Below are positions 63,931 to 64,000 of a stretch of DNA of 64,000 bases, piece after piece (positions within the stretch are counted from its first letter, which is position 1; every line of letters begins with the position of its first letter). The notes under the pieces are model-generated. The model saw only the letters and a program-made list of their open reading frames with translations. It had not been told where the DNA came from and ran no database searches. The position numbers and the translations under genes are program-made. Origin of the DNA: Yuukianura sp. NJ FZ-2021 (Eukaryota); NCBI GenBank assembly GCA_046563655.1, contig CM102290.1:3038001-3102000 (forward strand). Reading direction: 5' to 3'.

Positions 63931-64000
63931 GGTTGAAACTAACCTGGAATACGACAACAAAACGATATCAAACATTTATTTAACTTTTCATTTATCAATC

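Overview
AT-rich, intron-containing eukaryotic DNA with mostly ~60-80 nt introns; it is probably arthropod, judging from the gene families. Coding content from left to right: first coding exon of a TRIM2/3-like RING gene (-, runs off the left edge), spartin (-), TMEM120 (+), NELF-B (-), an intronless four-jointed kinase (+) between two ~11-12 kb gene-poor flanks, CCDC169-like (-), BORCS5 (-), two tandem arthropod-type CUB-domain genes (+), RABL2 (-), IPPK (+) and WASH1 (-). The non-coding DNA holds a complete 520-bp miniature LTR retroelement with identical LTRs and a tRNA-like A-box/B-box module across its LTR-internal junction. It also holds an internally deleted Tc1/IS630-like element, three multi-copy MITE families and several hairpins. 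RFX X-box motifs lie upstream of both RABL2 and CCDC169. All gene calls come from recognising motifs by eye, splice models are manual, and no database searches were run.
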